Source of the DNA: Mobula hypostoma
Lineage: Eukaryota
NCBI RefSeq assembly: GCF_963921235.1
Contig: NC_086097.1
Span: forward strand, 89,220,001 to 89,284,000
Length of the DNA: 64,000 nucleotides
Direction: 5' to 3'
Translations under genes and position numbers: made by a program
Part shown: positions 1 through 13,497 of the stretch, one piece after another
How the letters are laid out: each line of letters begins with the position of its first letter
Numbering within the stretch: position 1 is the first letter of the stretch
The notes under the pieces: model-generated
Database searches by the model: none
What the model saw: only the letters and a program-made list of their open reading frames with translations
What the model was told of the DNA's origin: nothing

Positions 1-654
1 CTGGAAATTGCTCTTAGTGGCACTGTTTGAGACTAAGAGGTTTAATTATATTTTCTCATTCCTGGGGAATAAGACAACACTGGGGAATGTTCAAACCAGT
101 GACTTTGCAGTTATTGTCAAAGAGTTGAATCATTAGAGTTGCTTCAGCTCTATCCATGATATCAAAAGAGATCACTGGTGATCAGAAAACTGGAGAATAA
201 TTAATGCAAAGTAGTGACTAATGCTCAGCAAGGGCTCAGATGGGGAAAGTGCTTCGCAATCAGTATTGACACCTCCATTTGCAGCTAAGTATACAAAACT
301 TTACTTCATAGTGTACCATTGTAACGTTCCCAACAAAGTAATTCCAGTTCAATTCAAATCAGGGAGTGCTGAGAATCGAGGAGGAATTGAGGCCATGCAA
401 GGTGGAAAATGCTGCGTGTTCCTCTATCTCCCACTGATTGGACCACTTTGTTCCAGGTGTGAATACATGATTTAAGTGTGGGATCTCAATGTGTTGGAAC
501 TCGCAAGTGATGCATATTTTATAGGAGAAGCTCAGAAATTATACAGTGAGTTTGCTAAGCTGCAAGTGGGGGATACATTGCCCTCCATTTATTTGGCACC
601 TTTCTTGACCATAAGACTGCGAAAGGAGCTGTACAGCTAATAAGGTGTACCATA

Positions 655-766
655 GGGTGTCATTGTAAATTGTCCAGTGATTAGGCTTGGATTAAATTGG
701 GGGATTGTCAGGTGTTGCAACTCAAAGGGCCTAATCCACACTGTTTGTCAATAAAAAATAAATAAA
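655..766 (+). mobile_element. 3' part of a V-SINE-type element with A-rich tail
   Basis: Similar to the SINE 3' half at 32811-32920 (gtcattgt...gattag...attaaattgg...ctcaaagggcc...aataaa tail). Confidence 0.55.
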
Positions 767-1111
767 GTGTTTTAGATTTGCTTAGCTGCATGTGATGTAG
801 TGTTGGTAAACTACAATAAACTAAATAATTTGTTCCCCTGATTCTGGTAGAAGGATAGATTTTGTCAACATACTAAAAGAACTTCTGTGCTCGTCCTTAA
901 GGTAATTTTGTGTGTATTTTTTAAGTCAACAGGCAAATGGGACCCATGTTTAACATCTTACCTGAAAGTTGTCATCCAAAAATGTTGAGATCCTCCAGTG
1001 CTGCACTGGGAGTTCCACTTCTGATCTTATGGTCCTGGAATAAACTTGAACCTGCAGCCATTTGATTGAAGTGCTCTACTAAGTAGGACCTGACAGCAGC
1101 AGCTGATTTTC

Positions 1112-2710
1112 TTTTTTTTCTTTTTTTTTAATTTTATTTTTATTTGGATAAGGAATTCACAATTATCATGTACTTTTTTCACACATATAACCTTTTCCAT
1201 TTTTTTTATATGTATAAAACTACAATTATTTATACATTCTTAAGTACACATTGAGATGATATAAAAGGAAAATAAACATTTAAATAGATAATTATGTACT
1301 GTGGTAAATCTAACCTATTAGGCTAAGTAATGAAATTAGTTGTTAAGAAAAATGGTAATAATAGTTCCCATACAACCCTTCTGGACCATTTCCACTGGTC
1401 CAAGATGTTGCATACAAGCCTATATACCAACCATTGTAGGTGTTTATATCCCAATTTGTTCGTGCTTGTTCCTGCCCGCAGACATAATTATCCAATCCCT
1501 ATGTACTTATTTACTTAATTTTTTCATTTTTTTTATCCCTTTCCCAAATCTTTCCCTTTACTTGTGTTAATTCTCTATTTTCCAAAAAAAAAACAAACAT
1601 TTAGACTAGGGGTGCTTACGTTAGCAATATTACTGTGTTGATGAGAAGAGCAATATAAATCATTAGGAGAGTCATCTAAAGTCTGCTCGCATTGGGGTTA
1701 TATATTCAATCCATTTATTCCAGATTTGATAAAATGTTTCTTTTTGAGTTCTCAGGGAGTAAGTCAACTTTTCCATTTTAAATATTTCCAAGATAATTTC
1801 GTACCAATCTTCTAATGTAGGTGGTATTGGATTTAGCCATTTTCTAGTGATTGATTTCTTACTTGCCGCTAAGAGGGCCTGCAGCAACTTTATATCTTCC
1901 TTCTGTTCAAGGAACAATACATGCCCCAAATAGAGCGTCTCAAAGTTCAGAGGTATCTGGGACCTAAGTACCTTAACTAATGTTCTATGAATACCTTCCC
2001 AAAATAGACTTAATTTAGGGCAATCCCAGAAAATATGAAAATGATTTGCCTCCTTGGAGCCGCACCTTCTCCAACACATCACATTTGTATCTTTATATTT
2101 TTCCTGATATGGGGTCTTGAAGTATCATAATGTTTTTCCAACGATGTTCTCTCCAAGTCAAAGAATTAGTCGAGGACCATTGAAAGCTGCAGATTTTCCC
2201 CCAAGCCTCCTCTGAAAGTACCAACCCCGCTTCTTTCTCCCACTTCTCTTTAATATACAGTGTATTTACATTTTTAGCATGGGAGAGTGCAGTATATAGG
2301 CAAGAAACTGATTTACTAGGTATTGAACTGCAAGCCGAATTCAGAATCTTGAAAAATTCTAATTCTACTGTTGATAGGTCTGTATATCTACAACTCTGAT
2401 TAACATAGTTTCGTATTTGAAGGTACCTAAAAAAGTCATTATGTTCTAGGCCATGTTTGTCCTGCAGGATTTGGAAACTTTGTAATACTCTTTTATCTAT
2501 AAATGAGAGGTAGGTTGTAAGACCTTTCTTTATCCATAGCTCAAATCTTTTATCTCCTCTGTTGGGAAGGAATTTGGTATCATATGCACACCATCTAAAG
2601 AGTTTTAACATGTTATTAATTCCACATGAATTAACCACCTTCTGCCATACTTTTAATGTAAGATTTATCCAAGCATTATTAAATTTTTCCAACTGGGCCA
2701 TCAATCCTTT
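1112..2710 (-). mobile_element. 5'-truncated L1/Tx1-clade LINE (ORF2 C-terminus, 3'UTR, poly-A)
   Basis: ORFs 2093-2704 and 1672-2082 carry the L1 C-terminal CWRRC...HIFWDC motif; poly-T from 1112; exact 14-bp TSD agcagctgattttc at 1098-1111 and 2711-2724; TT/GAAAA-type target. Confidence 0.92.
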
Positions 2711-3435
2711 AGCAGCTGATTTTCAATACAGGCAAATGTATATAAACAAGGTACTGGAAAGAATAGGAGCATTGTAGGATTTGAGGATGTTCGGGTAGTC
2801 AACAATGGTACTAAGGTAAGAGAAGATAAATCGGGAAGACCTCCAGAAGTCAATTAGTGTAGCTAATAAATATTTTGCAACATGACTGAAGCAAAGAAAC
2901 ATAAATTGGAAGCCACTGTAATCTTTAGCCATCTGGGCTAATGATCACAAGCAAGTGAGAGAGATTCAAACCTTGGAAATGTCATGTTGTAGAATGGGTC
3001 TAGAAGTAGTGATTCCGGCTGCAATTAACTTCATTGCCAGAAATGGAAATGACAGGTTGTTACCATCCCGGGATAGTTGAACATAGCATGTGGATGTAGG
3101 GTTTGTGACAAACACTGGGCATTGCCTCATTCCACAAGAGATTTCTCAAGAATAGGCTGTGTGTTTCATTTTGGACTCTGCCAGAATGTGAAAACTATCC
3201 CATTGGTTCTGAACTTGTTTCCAACTCCTTCCCACTGTGAATTTTCTACATCCGTATCTCCCTACCCAGCTTTTCGGCTTTCTACCTCAGTAAATTTACT
3301 GCAATTTGGATCAGTGGTGGATTTTACTGGTGTCTTTTGACTTCCTTCCCGCTTGGTGCTTCTCCATGGTTTATCGTGGAGAGAGGGTTAATGAAATTTA
3401 TTGTAACCTGCTTTAATTTTTCTTTTCTTTTCCAG

Positions 3436-3486
3436 TAAGAGACCGATTCAATAGGCTGTTGGACATAGACATCCCTAAAGAGAAAG
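3436..3486 (+). CDS. SPINT1: SPINT1/HAI-1-like internal exon (linker before the Kunitz domain), xRDRFNRLLDIDIPKEK
   Basis: Polypyrimidine tract + ttccag acceptor; AAG/gtaatt donor; 51 nt, phase 1-1, joins the next exon in frame. Resembles the recalled HAI-1 linker (FDELQRIHFPSDKG). Confidence 0.75.
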
Positions 3487-3804
3487 GTAATTTTTTTCAC
3501 AAACCTAAATTAAACCCCCTGGTGCTAGTCAGATAGCCAAGTCCGTCAAATCTAGAGAAATATATTACTGAGTATGTTTCCACGTTCTATTGCATGATGA
3601 TGATTTCAATGAAATGTATGAGAGGTAGGAATTACACCATGTTCAATTCAATTCTGAATCCAATGTTAGATTTTTGGGGTGGGGCAGACAGGGGATGTGA
3701 GGTTAGTGGGGACAGGTGAGAGAAGGTGATAACTGCTGAATAGAGTGACATAATATTTTGGATCTCTTTCTGGTCTGTTTCACATTAACCTATTGGAGTT
3801 ACAT

Positions 3805-4372
3805 CAAAAAGTGCTGGCAGAACTCAGCAGGTCAGGCAGCATCTACAAAGGGAAATGGATAGGAATAAAAAAAAGAGGAGGTAGCCAGTATAAAAGGGGG
3901 GCGGTGATGGGCAGATATTTGGGGTGGTGGGGGGAGGGAGTGGAAAGTGGCAATGATGTCAGAATCTGGGTGGAGATAGGTGGAAATGACAAAAGGCAGA
4001 AGATGGAAGAATCTGATAGAAGAGTATGGAATAAGGTGCGGGAGGTCGGGAGTGAAACTGGTGGGAGGAATATGTGGGTGATGGGCAGATAGGGAGGGTC
4101 AGGAAGGGGAAAAGAGATACAGCACTGGGGCCTTCCTCTGCCTATCACCCCTTCACCTTGATCCACCAATATCACCTGACAGCTCTTACTTCACTATTTC
4201 CCTCCATCTTTTTATACTGCCAATCTCTCCCATTTCTTCTAAGTAGAGATGAAAGGTTTCAACCTGCAAATTCAACTGTCCATTTTCCTCCACAGATGCT
4301 GCCTGACCTGCTGAGTCCCTCCAGCACCTTTTGTGTTGCTGCAGATTCCAGCACTTGTAGCCTTTCATGTCT
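3805..4372. mobile_element. Two degraded Penelope-like (PLE) terminal fragments in inverted orientation
   Basis: gtgctggcagaactcagcaggtcaggcagcatct at about 3811 and its reverse complement at about 4295-4330, each next to a purine- or pyrimidine-rich PLE tail. Confidence 0.6.
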
Positions 4373-4991
4373 CCTCCTCTTGGAGCCGCCGCCTTTAACT
4401 TTTATAAAGGGACACGCATGGTCCAGAAGCAAAGGTGTGATGCTAAGCCTTTGCAGAATTGTGTCCAATTCTGGATTTTGCAATTTAGGGAAGATGTTCA
4501 GGTCGTGGAAGTGATGAAGAGAAACTTTACCAGAATGCATTATAGAATGAGAATCTCCAGTTATGAGAGAAACTGGGGTTGATCTTCTCAGAGCAGAGAA
4601 AGCTAAGCAGATGATTTATTGAGTTCTTCGAGATGTTTGCAGAGAATGAATGGAGAAAATTTGTTCACACAAGCAGAGGAATGAAGTGAGTTAATTGTGA
4701 GCAATCACAATGCACTGAATAATTGTCCAAGGAACATGGAACAAAGAGCAGTACATCTCAGGAATAGGCTCTTTAGCCTATAATATCTCTGCTGAGCTGA
4801 TGCCAACTTAAACTAATCTCTTCTGCCTGCACATGATCGATATTCCTCCGTTCCTTGCAATATTCATGTGCCCTTCTAAAAGCCTCATGAACACCACTAT
4901 TCTATCTGCTTCCACTACCACCCTAGGCAGTGAGTTTCATGCACCTATCACACTGTGGGGGAGAAAAACGTCCCACACATCTCCCTTAAAC

Positions 4992-5600
4992 TTTTTCAAA
5001 GGTACATTTAATGTCAGAGAAATATATACAATATACATCTTGAAATTCTTTTTCTTTGCAACCATCCATGAAAACAGAGGAGTGCCCCAAAGAATGAATG
5101 ACAGTTAAATATTAGAACCCCAAAGCTGCCCCCAGCTCTCCTCCCTCTCACACATAATCATCAGCAAAAAAAAAGCATCAGCGCCCCCCACCGAGCACTC
5201 AAGCGTGCAGCAAAGCATCAATAAAGACACAGACTTGCAGTACCCCAAAGACTACTCGTTCACCCAGTAATTCGACGTACCACAGGCTCTCCCTCTCTCC
5301 CTAATAAAGGGAAAGAAGTGTCTTCATTTCACAGCCAGAGGGGAGACAAACAACTTGCTGGTTTATGATCTTGAAAGTCTGTTGCGTCGCTTTTTCCGAA
5401 CACTGTGCCCAAAGAATTCGGGTCTCTGGGCACACAGCCAGAGATCTTCTGTCTCGCACGACACACCGATTTCCTGCAGAGGCACCGACCTCGAGCCCAC
5501 ACCAAGCCATACACTAAGGGTATCACTGTTTGAATGCCGCACAGGATCTGGCCAAGAAGGACATTGTTTTTAATGTAAACAGGGATGCAGCGCACCGCGT
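4992..5600 (-). repeat. Interspersed repeat of unassigned family, interrupting a CR1 3' end
   Basis: The segment around 5040-5190 recurs in the opposite orientation at about 36000-36180 (cattcattcttttggggttctgttcttcgtggatg). Confidence 0.45.
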
Positions 5601-7105
5601 TCAGACTCCTGGACCAAGAGTACTGCAGTGAATCAGCACTCTGCAGGTTATTGCTAAGCAGGGTACGCTTGTGTATTTCTGCAGTAGGTGAGCAGATGCA
5701 AGTTTAGACAGTGCTGTGGGGTCAGAAATAGTAGAGCCCAGTAATGGGGACCACACGAGAGTTGCAAGTTTAGCCAGGAATTGGGGTGAGAAAAGGATAG
5801 AATCCAAGGAAAAAATAAAGATTCTGCCTTGGGCCAGTGCCATAGTGTGAGACGGCATCGATGGCAAGGGAAAGGGGATTTGTCAGGAGAGCCAAACACA
5901 TTGGCTTTGAGCATAAGACTTAGAACACGACAGGCCCTTGGCCCACTATGTTGGGCTGACCTTTTAATCTTCTCAAAGATCAGTCCGAATCTTCTCCCCT
6001 ACATAGACCTCCATTTTTCTATCATACGTTTGTACTTATGCTTACCTAAGAGTTCCTTAAATGTCCCTAATGTATCTGCCTCTCATACCGCCCCTGGCAG
6101 GATGTTCTACACAGCCATCACAATCTGTGTTTTATTTTTTTTTTAAAAAACTTATCTCACTTTAAAAATGATGCTCCATTTTGATCTTCCCACGTTGAAT
6201 TTAGGGAAAAATATGGATCATTTAGAGGTGAATATCCGGCAAGCAAACTGAAGAGTGAAGAGGTGGTGCTGGGCATGCAAGTGGAACCCATGTCACTGAT
6301 GAGGTTACTAACTGGTGGCATGCAGTTGAAAGATGAAGGGTGCGTGAGAAGGATCTCAGCCTGAAATGTCAACTCTTGATTCCTTTCCATAGATGCTGCC
6401 TGATTTGCTGAGTTCCTCCAGTATTTTGGATGTGTACATTTACCTTCCTTTTTTCACTCTTGGGGTTGCTCGTTTTTTTTGTTCCTTTTCATTAATTCAC
6501 AGCAAGTGAACAATGCTGACGAGGCCAGCAGGTACTACCCATCCCCTCTCGACCCCAGAGAAAGTGTTGGTGTGCTGCCTCTTTAAACTGCTGCACTTCT
6601 TCCACTGAAGGTACTTGCAAAAGTTCCTTTGGGCAGGGAGTTGCAGGGTTCCAACCTTGTATCAGTGAAGGACTGCTGATAGATTTTCCAATCAGGACAT
6701 CGTGTGACTTGGAGGGAATCTAGAGGGAGTTTCATTCCCATATATCTGGTTCCCTCGTCCTCTTCAGCATTAGTGCTTGTGGGTCTGGGAGGTGATGATA
6801 ATCTTCGATCTCACAGGGCAAGCGATGAATTTCAAGGTTGCGATGGCCCAGCACGAGCTTAGTGTGGACATAATCTACACCTTAGTAACTCAAACCTGAG
6901 TCATCTCCAGGGTTTGCTGTGTGTGAATACACGCCCGAGGAACTGCAAATGAAGCCTCTATCTCCCGTTCTCCTTTTCTGTTACCGTTTCCCTCTCTCTT
7001 TCACTGGAGGAAATGATCAGTCTAATAAGGACGCTGTCATGGGGACTGCAGTCAGCATTTTGGAGAGTTCACTGTGACCCTTCCGTTGCTGTCTCACCTC
7101 TCCAG

Positions 7106-7276
7106 CTCGCTGCATCTACCCTCCGGAGACTGGCCCCTGCCGAGCAGACTTAAGCTTCTTCTACTACAACCCCTTCAGCAAGTCGTGTGAGCGCTTCACA
7201 TACGGAGGCTGTTTTGGCAACGAGAACCGTTTCCAGGAGGAGAGCAAATGCATGAAAGCTTGCCGAGGAGTGTCAG
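7106..7276 (+). CDS. SPINT1: Kunitz/BPTI domain exon of SPINT1-like gene (probably KD2): ARCIYPPETGPCRADLSFFYYNPFSKSCERFTYGGCFGNENRFQEESKCMKACRGVS
   Basis: Six Cys in Kunitz spacing, GPCR and F-x-YGGC-x-GN-x-N-x-F motifs; ctctccag acceptor and CAG/gtaggg donor; 171 nt, phase 1-1. Missed by the ORF track. Confidence 0.93.
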
Positions 7277-7396
7277 GTAGGGCCTCTTCATCTGCAGACC
7301 CGAGGTAATTGGTTTATTATTGTCACACGTACTGAGGTGCGGTGAGAAACGTTGTTTTGCATGTCGCCCATACAGATAATTTTATAGCAACAGTGT

Positions 7397-10300
7397 ACAT
7401 AGAACATAGAAGAGTACAGCACAGAAGCAGAGCCTTTGGCCCAGAATGTTGTGCTGAACCAATTACACTAGTAATCAAAAGTCTAAACGAACGCTTCTGC
7501 CTACTCAATGCCCATATCCTTCCATTCCCCTTGTATTCACATGCCTAATTAAACATTTGAAAGTCCCTAATGTATCTGCCTCTATCACCACCCCAGCCAG
7601 TACATACAAGCCACCTACAAGTCTCTGTGTTTCAAAAATAACTTGCCCTTCATCTCTCCTTTAAACTTACCCCCTCTCACGTTTAGTATGAGATATTTCA
7701 ACCCTTGAAAAAAGATACTGCCTGTCTACTCTGTCTCTGCCTCTCATAATCTTATAAACCTCTATCAGGTCTCCCATCAGCCTCTGCTGCTCCAGAGAAA
7801 ACAACCCAAGTTTGTCCAACCCCTCGTTATAACACGTGCCCTCTAATCCAGGCAGCATTCTGGTAAACTGCTTCTGCACCCTCTCCAAAGCCTCGACATC
7901 CTTCTTGTAATGAGGCGACCAGAATTGCATGCAATACTCCAGATGTGGCCTAACCAGAGTTTTATAAAGCTGCAATATAACTTCTCAACTTTTGAACTCA
8001 AATGCCTCAACTAATAAAGACAAGCATGCCGTATGCCTTCTTAACCACCCTATCGACCTGCGTAGTCACTTACAGGGAGCAATGAACTTGGATCCCAAGA
8101 TACCTCTGCTCATCAACACTGTTAAGGGTCTTGTCCGTAACAGCGCACTGTCTCTTTACATTTGACTCACCAAGGTGCAACACTTCACATTTTGCTGGGT
8201 TAAACTCCTTCTGCCATTTCTCCATCCATATGTGAAACTGATCTATGTCCTGCTGTATTCTTTGCCAGTCTTCTACACTATCTATAACACCACCAATCTT
8301 CATGTCATCTGAAAATTTACGAACCCATCCAGGCCATTTATATACATCTCAAACAGCAGAGGTCTCAGCACCGATCCCAGTGGAAAACCACTAATCACAG
8401 ACCTCCAGCTAGAGTAAGTCCCTTCAACCACTACATTCTGTGGGCAAGCCAACTCTGAATCCAAATGGACAATTCACCGTGGATCTTGTGAAACGTCTTA
8501 CTAAAATCTAAGTAGACAATATCCACAGATCTATCTTCATCAATGACCCTCGTCACCTTGTCAAAAAAACTCAATCAAGTTAGTAAATCACGACTTACTC
8601 CACACAAAGCCATGCTGTCTCTCCCTAATTAGGCAATGGTTTTCCAAAAGCTCATAAATCCTATCACTAAGATTTCTCTCAGTATCTTCCCTGCTACGGA
8701 TGTGAGACTCACCATCTATAGTTTCCAGGATTATTCCTGGTTCCCTTTTGAATAATGGAACAACATTAGCTATTTGTCAGTCCTCTGGGACCTCGCCTGT
8801 GGCTAGAGCAGACATGAATATATTGGTCAAGGCCCCAGCAATCATATCTCTTGCCTCTCCCAATAACCTGGGGTATATCGCATCGCTCTGTGGGGACTTA
8901 ACCACCTTAGTGCTCTTTAAGAAACCCCACAATACCTTCTTTACCTCGAAATGCCGGAGCATATGAATACACGCAGCACTGATCTCCCTGTACTTTTCTT
9001 TGGTAAATACTGATAACAAGTACTCATTGCGGACCTCACCCACATCCTCTACCTCCAAGCAAATGTTCCTCTCTTTATCCTTGAGTGGTCGTACCCTCTC
9101 CCTAGTTATCCTCTTGCTCTTAATATGTGTATAGAATGTCTTGGGATTCTCTTTAATCCTACTTTCCAAGGGCTTTTCATAGCCCCTCCTGACTTTCCTA
9201 ATTCTCTTCTTGAGTTCTTCTCTGCCTTTTTTATATTCTTCATGGTCTCTGTTTGATTCTAGCTTCCTAAGCTTTGCATACTTTCCTTTTACTTCTTGAC
9301 TTAATTCATCACTTCTCTCGATATCCAAGGTCCTCTTACCTTGCCATTCTTGACCTTCCTTCTGACTGGAACATACATGTGCTATATTCTGTACAGCGGG
9401 TCCTTAAACACCCTCCACATGTCAAGTGTGGATTTGCCCAAAAACACTTGTTCCCAATTAATTCTGCCTAGTTTCTGCTTAATGCTGTCATAATTTGCCC
9501 TGCTCCACTTTAATACTCTCCTGCAAGGTTCATGCTTGTCCTTAGCAATAGCTATCTTAAAACTTAATGAGTTGTGGTCACGGTTCACCCACTGAAAGGT
9601 CAGTCATCTGGACAGGCTCATTACCCAAAACCTTGTCCAGTACAGCCCCTCCCCTTGTTGCACTACCTACATACGGATTTATGAAACCCTCCTGGATGCA
9701 CCTAATAATTTCTGCCCCATCTGAACCTCTTGAACTCAGAAGGTCCCGGTTTATATTCGGGAAATTGAAGCCCCTCATGACAACACCTTTCCTTACTCTG
9801 TCTCCATATCTGTTCCTCAATGTCCCAGTAGCTACTGGGCAATGATCCCTCTAATTTTTTCTTAACAGCTGCGTGGAGCAATCATTGCTCTGAGCAGGAA
9901 ATTTTTACATGGGCTGAAAGCTGTGCGGCACTTTAATAAAACGTTATATACAGGAAAACTCTGGCTGCAAGGCAACAAAAGCTTTGTGCACGGGAGCAGT
10001 CATTGCACACACACACAGCTTAGAGGGAACAATGCTATTGGGAGGGTGGGTCTCCAGTACAATCCCTTTCACCTTTCCCATTTTTGAGCTCTACCCAATC
10101 AGACTCAGTGGACAGGCCCTCCATTTTGGCCCCTCTGAATACAGCTGTAATACTGTCCTGGACAAGTAGAGCAATTCCCACCCCCACCTCCTTTACCTCT
10201 CTCTCTATCTTTTCTAAAGTATCGACACCCTACACCCTGAACATTAAGTACCCATTTCTGTCCCTCCCTCAACCAAGTCTCCATAATGGCCACATCATCA

Positions 10301-11010
10301 CCTTTACTCATAATACTCCTAGCATTAAAACACACGCACTTCACTCTGTTCATCCTATTGTATCTATTACCTTGCTCCTGTTTCTTTTTACTGGCCCCAA
10401 TATTTATCTTCCTCTCCATCCCTCCACTTTCTGACCTAGTTCACATTCCCCTGCCAAACTAGTGTAAGCTCTCCCGAGTAGCACTCACAAGCCTCCCAGC
10501 CAGGATGTTGGTTCTCCTCCAGTTTATATGCAAACTGTCCCTCCTGTACAGGTCACTGCTATCCCCAAGAGGTTCCAATTATCTAAAAACCTGAAACACA
10601 GTCCCCTGCACCAGTTCCTCATCTGTACTGTCATCCTATTCTTGCCCTGACTAGTACGTGGCACCAGGAGTAACCCAGAGATTACTAGCTTGGATGTCCT
10701 ACCCTTCAGCCTCCTTCCCAACTCCCTTATATTCACTGCACAGGACCTATTCCCCCTTTTTACTTATGACATGGGTGCCAATGTGCACCACAATCTCTGG
10801 CTCACACCCTCACTCATGAAAATATCTGCAGCAACTCTGAGACATCCTGGACTCTAGCACCGAGGAGGCAACCCACTATCCTGGTGAATCTTTCGTGGTC
10901 ACAGAATCTGCTGTCCGTCCCCCTAGCTATTGAGTCTCCTAACACAATCGCTCTGCCTGACTTTACTCTTCCCTGCTGAGCCTCAGAGCCGGCCACAGTG
11001 CTATTGACCC
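7397..11010 (-). mobile_element. Long, degraded CR1-clade LINE (ORF1 SGNH/GDSL esterase, APE endonuclease, RT, 3' tail)
   Basis: RAIVLGDSIARG (ORF1 esterase); VCFNARS/IMETWL and GFNFPNIN (endonuclease); LYKTLVRPHLEYCMQFWSP (RT C-terminus); (ttctatg)-type tail at about 7397-7410; many frameshifts. Confidence 0.88.
9840..10034. mobile_element. hAT-type MITE nested in the CR1
   Basis: TIRs caatgatccctctaa / ttagagggaacaatg; 8-bp TSD ctactggg (9832-9839) / ctattggg (10035-10042). Confidence 0.8.
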
Positions 11011-11522
11011 TCTTCATGGCCTCCCATCATCCTCGGAGTCAGAATTCTTGCTCAGGTGTTGAATATTTGTGCTCCTTAAACGCTAAATCTCAGTGGATCA
11101 AGCCACTTATTTGCAGGCCCTCACTGTAGATAAATCATTTTTTCATTAACTGTTCCTTTATAAAAATGCAATGCAACAAAAACCTTGTACAGTCCATCTA
11201 ATAAAAAACAGCTTCCCGTTCCTTCCATTATCTCAAATCATGGTAGACCGAACTGGTTACAACTCGAGTTCATTGTCCGGAATCTCGATGAATCAAATAT
11301 GTTTACAGTTAATTCCCAGTGTATAGAACCTTAATGGATTCAACCTCTTTCCCATTATATAAAATCACAAGGGGCCCAATGTTTATAAAAGCATGAAGCG
11401 CATCGATAAGGGATGGTCACTGTCTTTTCCCCTAGAATGTGTGGGTCTATCAGCCTGTAGTGTTTGGTACATGGGAGGAAACGAGCACCTGGAGGAATTC
11501 ATGGGTATTTCACATGGAGACC

Positions 11523-12421
11523 TGATGACACAAATGTGAGGGGTGTTGTGGATGGTGTGGAGTGCTGTCAGAAGTTACAGCGGGACATTGATAGAATGCA
11601 AAACTGGGCTGAGAAGTGGTAGATGGCGTTCAACCCAGATAAATGTGAGGTGGTTCATTTTGTTAGGCCAAATACGATGGCAGAATATAGCATTAATGGT
11701 AAGACTTTTGGCAGTGTGGAGGATCAGAGAGATCTTGGGGTCCGAGTCCATAGGACACTCAAAGCTGTTGCGCAGGTTGACTCTGTAGTTAAGAAGGCAT
11801 AAGGTGGATTGGCCTTCATCAACTGTGGAGTTGAGTTTAAGAGTCGAGAGGTTAAGTTGCAGCTATATAGGACCCTGGTCGGACCCCACTTGGAGTACTG
11901 TACTGAGTTCTGATCACCTCACTACAGGAAGGATGTGGAAATCATAGAAAGGGTGCAGAGGAGATTTACAAGGATGTTGCCTGGATTGGGGAGCATGCCT
12001 TATGAGAATATATTGAGAGAACTTGGCCTTTTCTCCTTGGAGCAACGGAGGATGAGAGGTGACCTGATAGAGGTGTACAAGATGGTGAGAGGCATTGATC
12101 ATGTGGATAGTCAGAGGCTTTTTCCTAGGACTGAAATGGCTATCATGAGAGGGCACAGTTTTAAGGTGCTTGGAAGTAGGTACAGATGGGATATCAGGGG
12201 TAAGTTTTTTACGCAGAGAATGGTGAGTGCGTGGAATGGGCTGCCCGCGACGGTGTTGGAGGTGGATATGATAGGGTCTTTTAAGAAACTCCTGGATAGG
12301 TACATGAATCTTAGAAAAATAGAGGGCTATGGGTAAGCCTAGGTAATTTCTAAAGTAAGTACATGTTCAGCACAGCTTTGTGGGCCGAAGGGCCTGTGTT
12401 GTGCTGTAGTTTTCTATGTTT
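11523..12421 (+). mobile_element. CR1 LINE 3' fragment (RT C-terminus, 3'UTR, ttctatgttt tail)
   Basis: ERVQRRFTRMLPGL...RGDLIEVYK...KFFTQR in ORF 11935-12336; tail at about 12410-12421. Confidence 0.88.
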
Positions 12422-12587
12422 CAATCTCCACGCAGATAGCACCAGGCATCAGGACTGGATCTATGAGACACTGGCTGAACTGTCCAACATGTTCGTACGT
12501 ACAAATATGGAGGGAAATGCACACTGAACAGGTGTGTCTCACCACTTGCACTAGACAAGATAAAGACTCTGTTCTTTCTCTTTTCAG

Positions 12588-12647
12588 AAAAAGAAGTATT
12601 TTACCGAAGTGCTTTTGAGAGGCAGGAGCAAGAAAAATCTTCAAATG
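12588..12647 (+). CDS. SPINT1: SPINT1-like stalk exon EKEVFYRSAFERQEQEKSSN
   Basis: ttctcttttcag acceptor and ATG/gtcagt donor; 60 nt, phase 1-1; in frame between the Kunitz and TM exons. Resembles HAI-1 'SKKDVF'. Confidence 0.8.
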
Positions 12648-12727
12648 GTCAGTATTCTTTGGAAAAGAGGAATGTAATGAAAGGTGGTGGGTGAGGGAGT
12701 GTTTGCGGGGCAGAAATACCAGAAGTA

Positions 12728-13497
12728 CAGTACTGTGCAAAGGTCGTGGGTATGTGTGTATATACACATATCGTACTGCCGCCAGAAAAAACACATTTCA
12801 TAACAGATGTGGGTGGTGATTTACTTGATTCTGATATGGGTCTCTATTGTGGACTGAGAGTGGGAAGGGGGCAGGGAGAGGGATTCACAGTTGGAAAAAG
12901 GCCAAGGGACTGGGCCGGCTAGTGGCACAATGACATCAGCGCCGGATCCCGGAACGGAGGTTCCCGGGTTCGAATGCAGTCGGGGCCACTCCCGAGTTCG
13001 CTTTCCATCCGTGCCGGGTTGAGTCTCGAGATCGCAACTCGACCTCGTAAAAAATAAAGGGAAAAAGACTGTGAAATTGTCTGTGTGAGGAGTGGCGTGC
13101 CACACCGTCTCTCTCTCTCTCGCTCCGCACCTTGTAAAGGCATGAAAAAGACATCATTGCGCGCACGCACATGCCAGAAAAAAGGAAAAAAGGGCAAGGG
13201 AGAGGTGAAGAAGCAAGAAGCATCAGAGATATTCTGTAATGATTAATGAACCAATTGTTGGGAATCAAATGATCTTGCCTGGTGTCTCAGAGCTGGGTGT
13301 GTCTGCACCCTGGCCATCCCCGACTTCGGCACTCCTCCCCTGCCACCTATCCCACAGGGCTGCATCCTCACCATTCCTAACATCCTTTGCTCCTGCCAGA
13401 TTTACAAACTCACTCTCCACTGCACATTGACAAATACAGTACTGTGCGAAAGTCTTAGGGCCCTTAGCTATGTGCTAAAGACTTTTACACAGTATTG
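12728..13497. mobile_element. Tc1-type non-autonomous element in the last SPINT1 intron, with a mini-element forming its right end
   Basis: TA|cagtactgtgcaaaggtc at 12728; second left TIR TA|cagtactgtgcgaaagtc at 13437; right TIR gacttttacacagtattg ending at 13497. Confidence 0.65.
12912..13065 (+). mobile_element. CpG-rich tRNA-derived SINE nested in the Tc1-type element
   Basis: A-box-like tggcacaatgac, B-box-like gggttcgaatg, A-rich end; a diverged relative lies at about 55340-55470 (shared ctttccatccgtg...cgt(g)aaaaaa). Confidence 0.55.
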
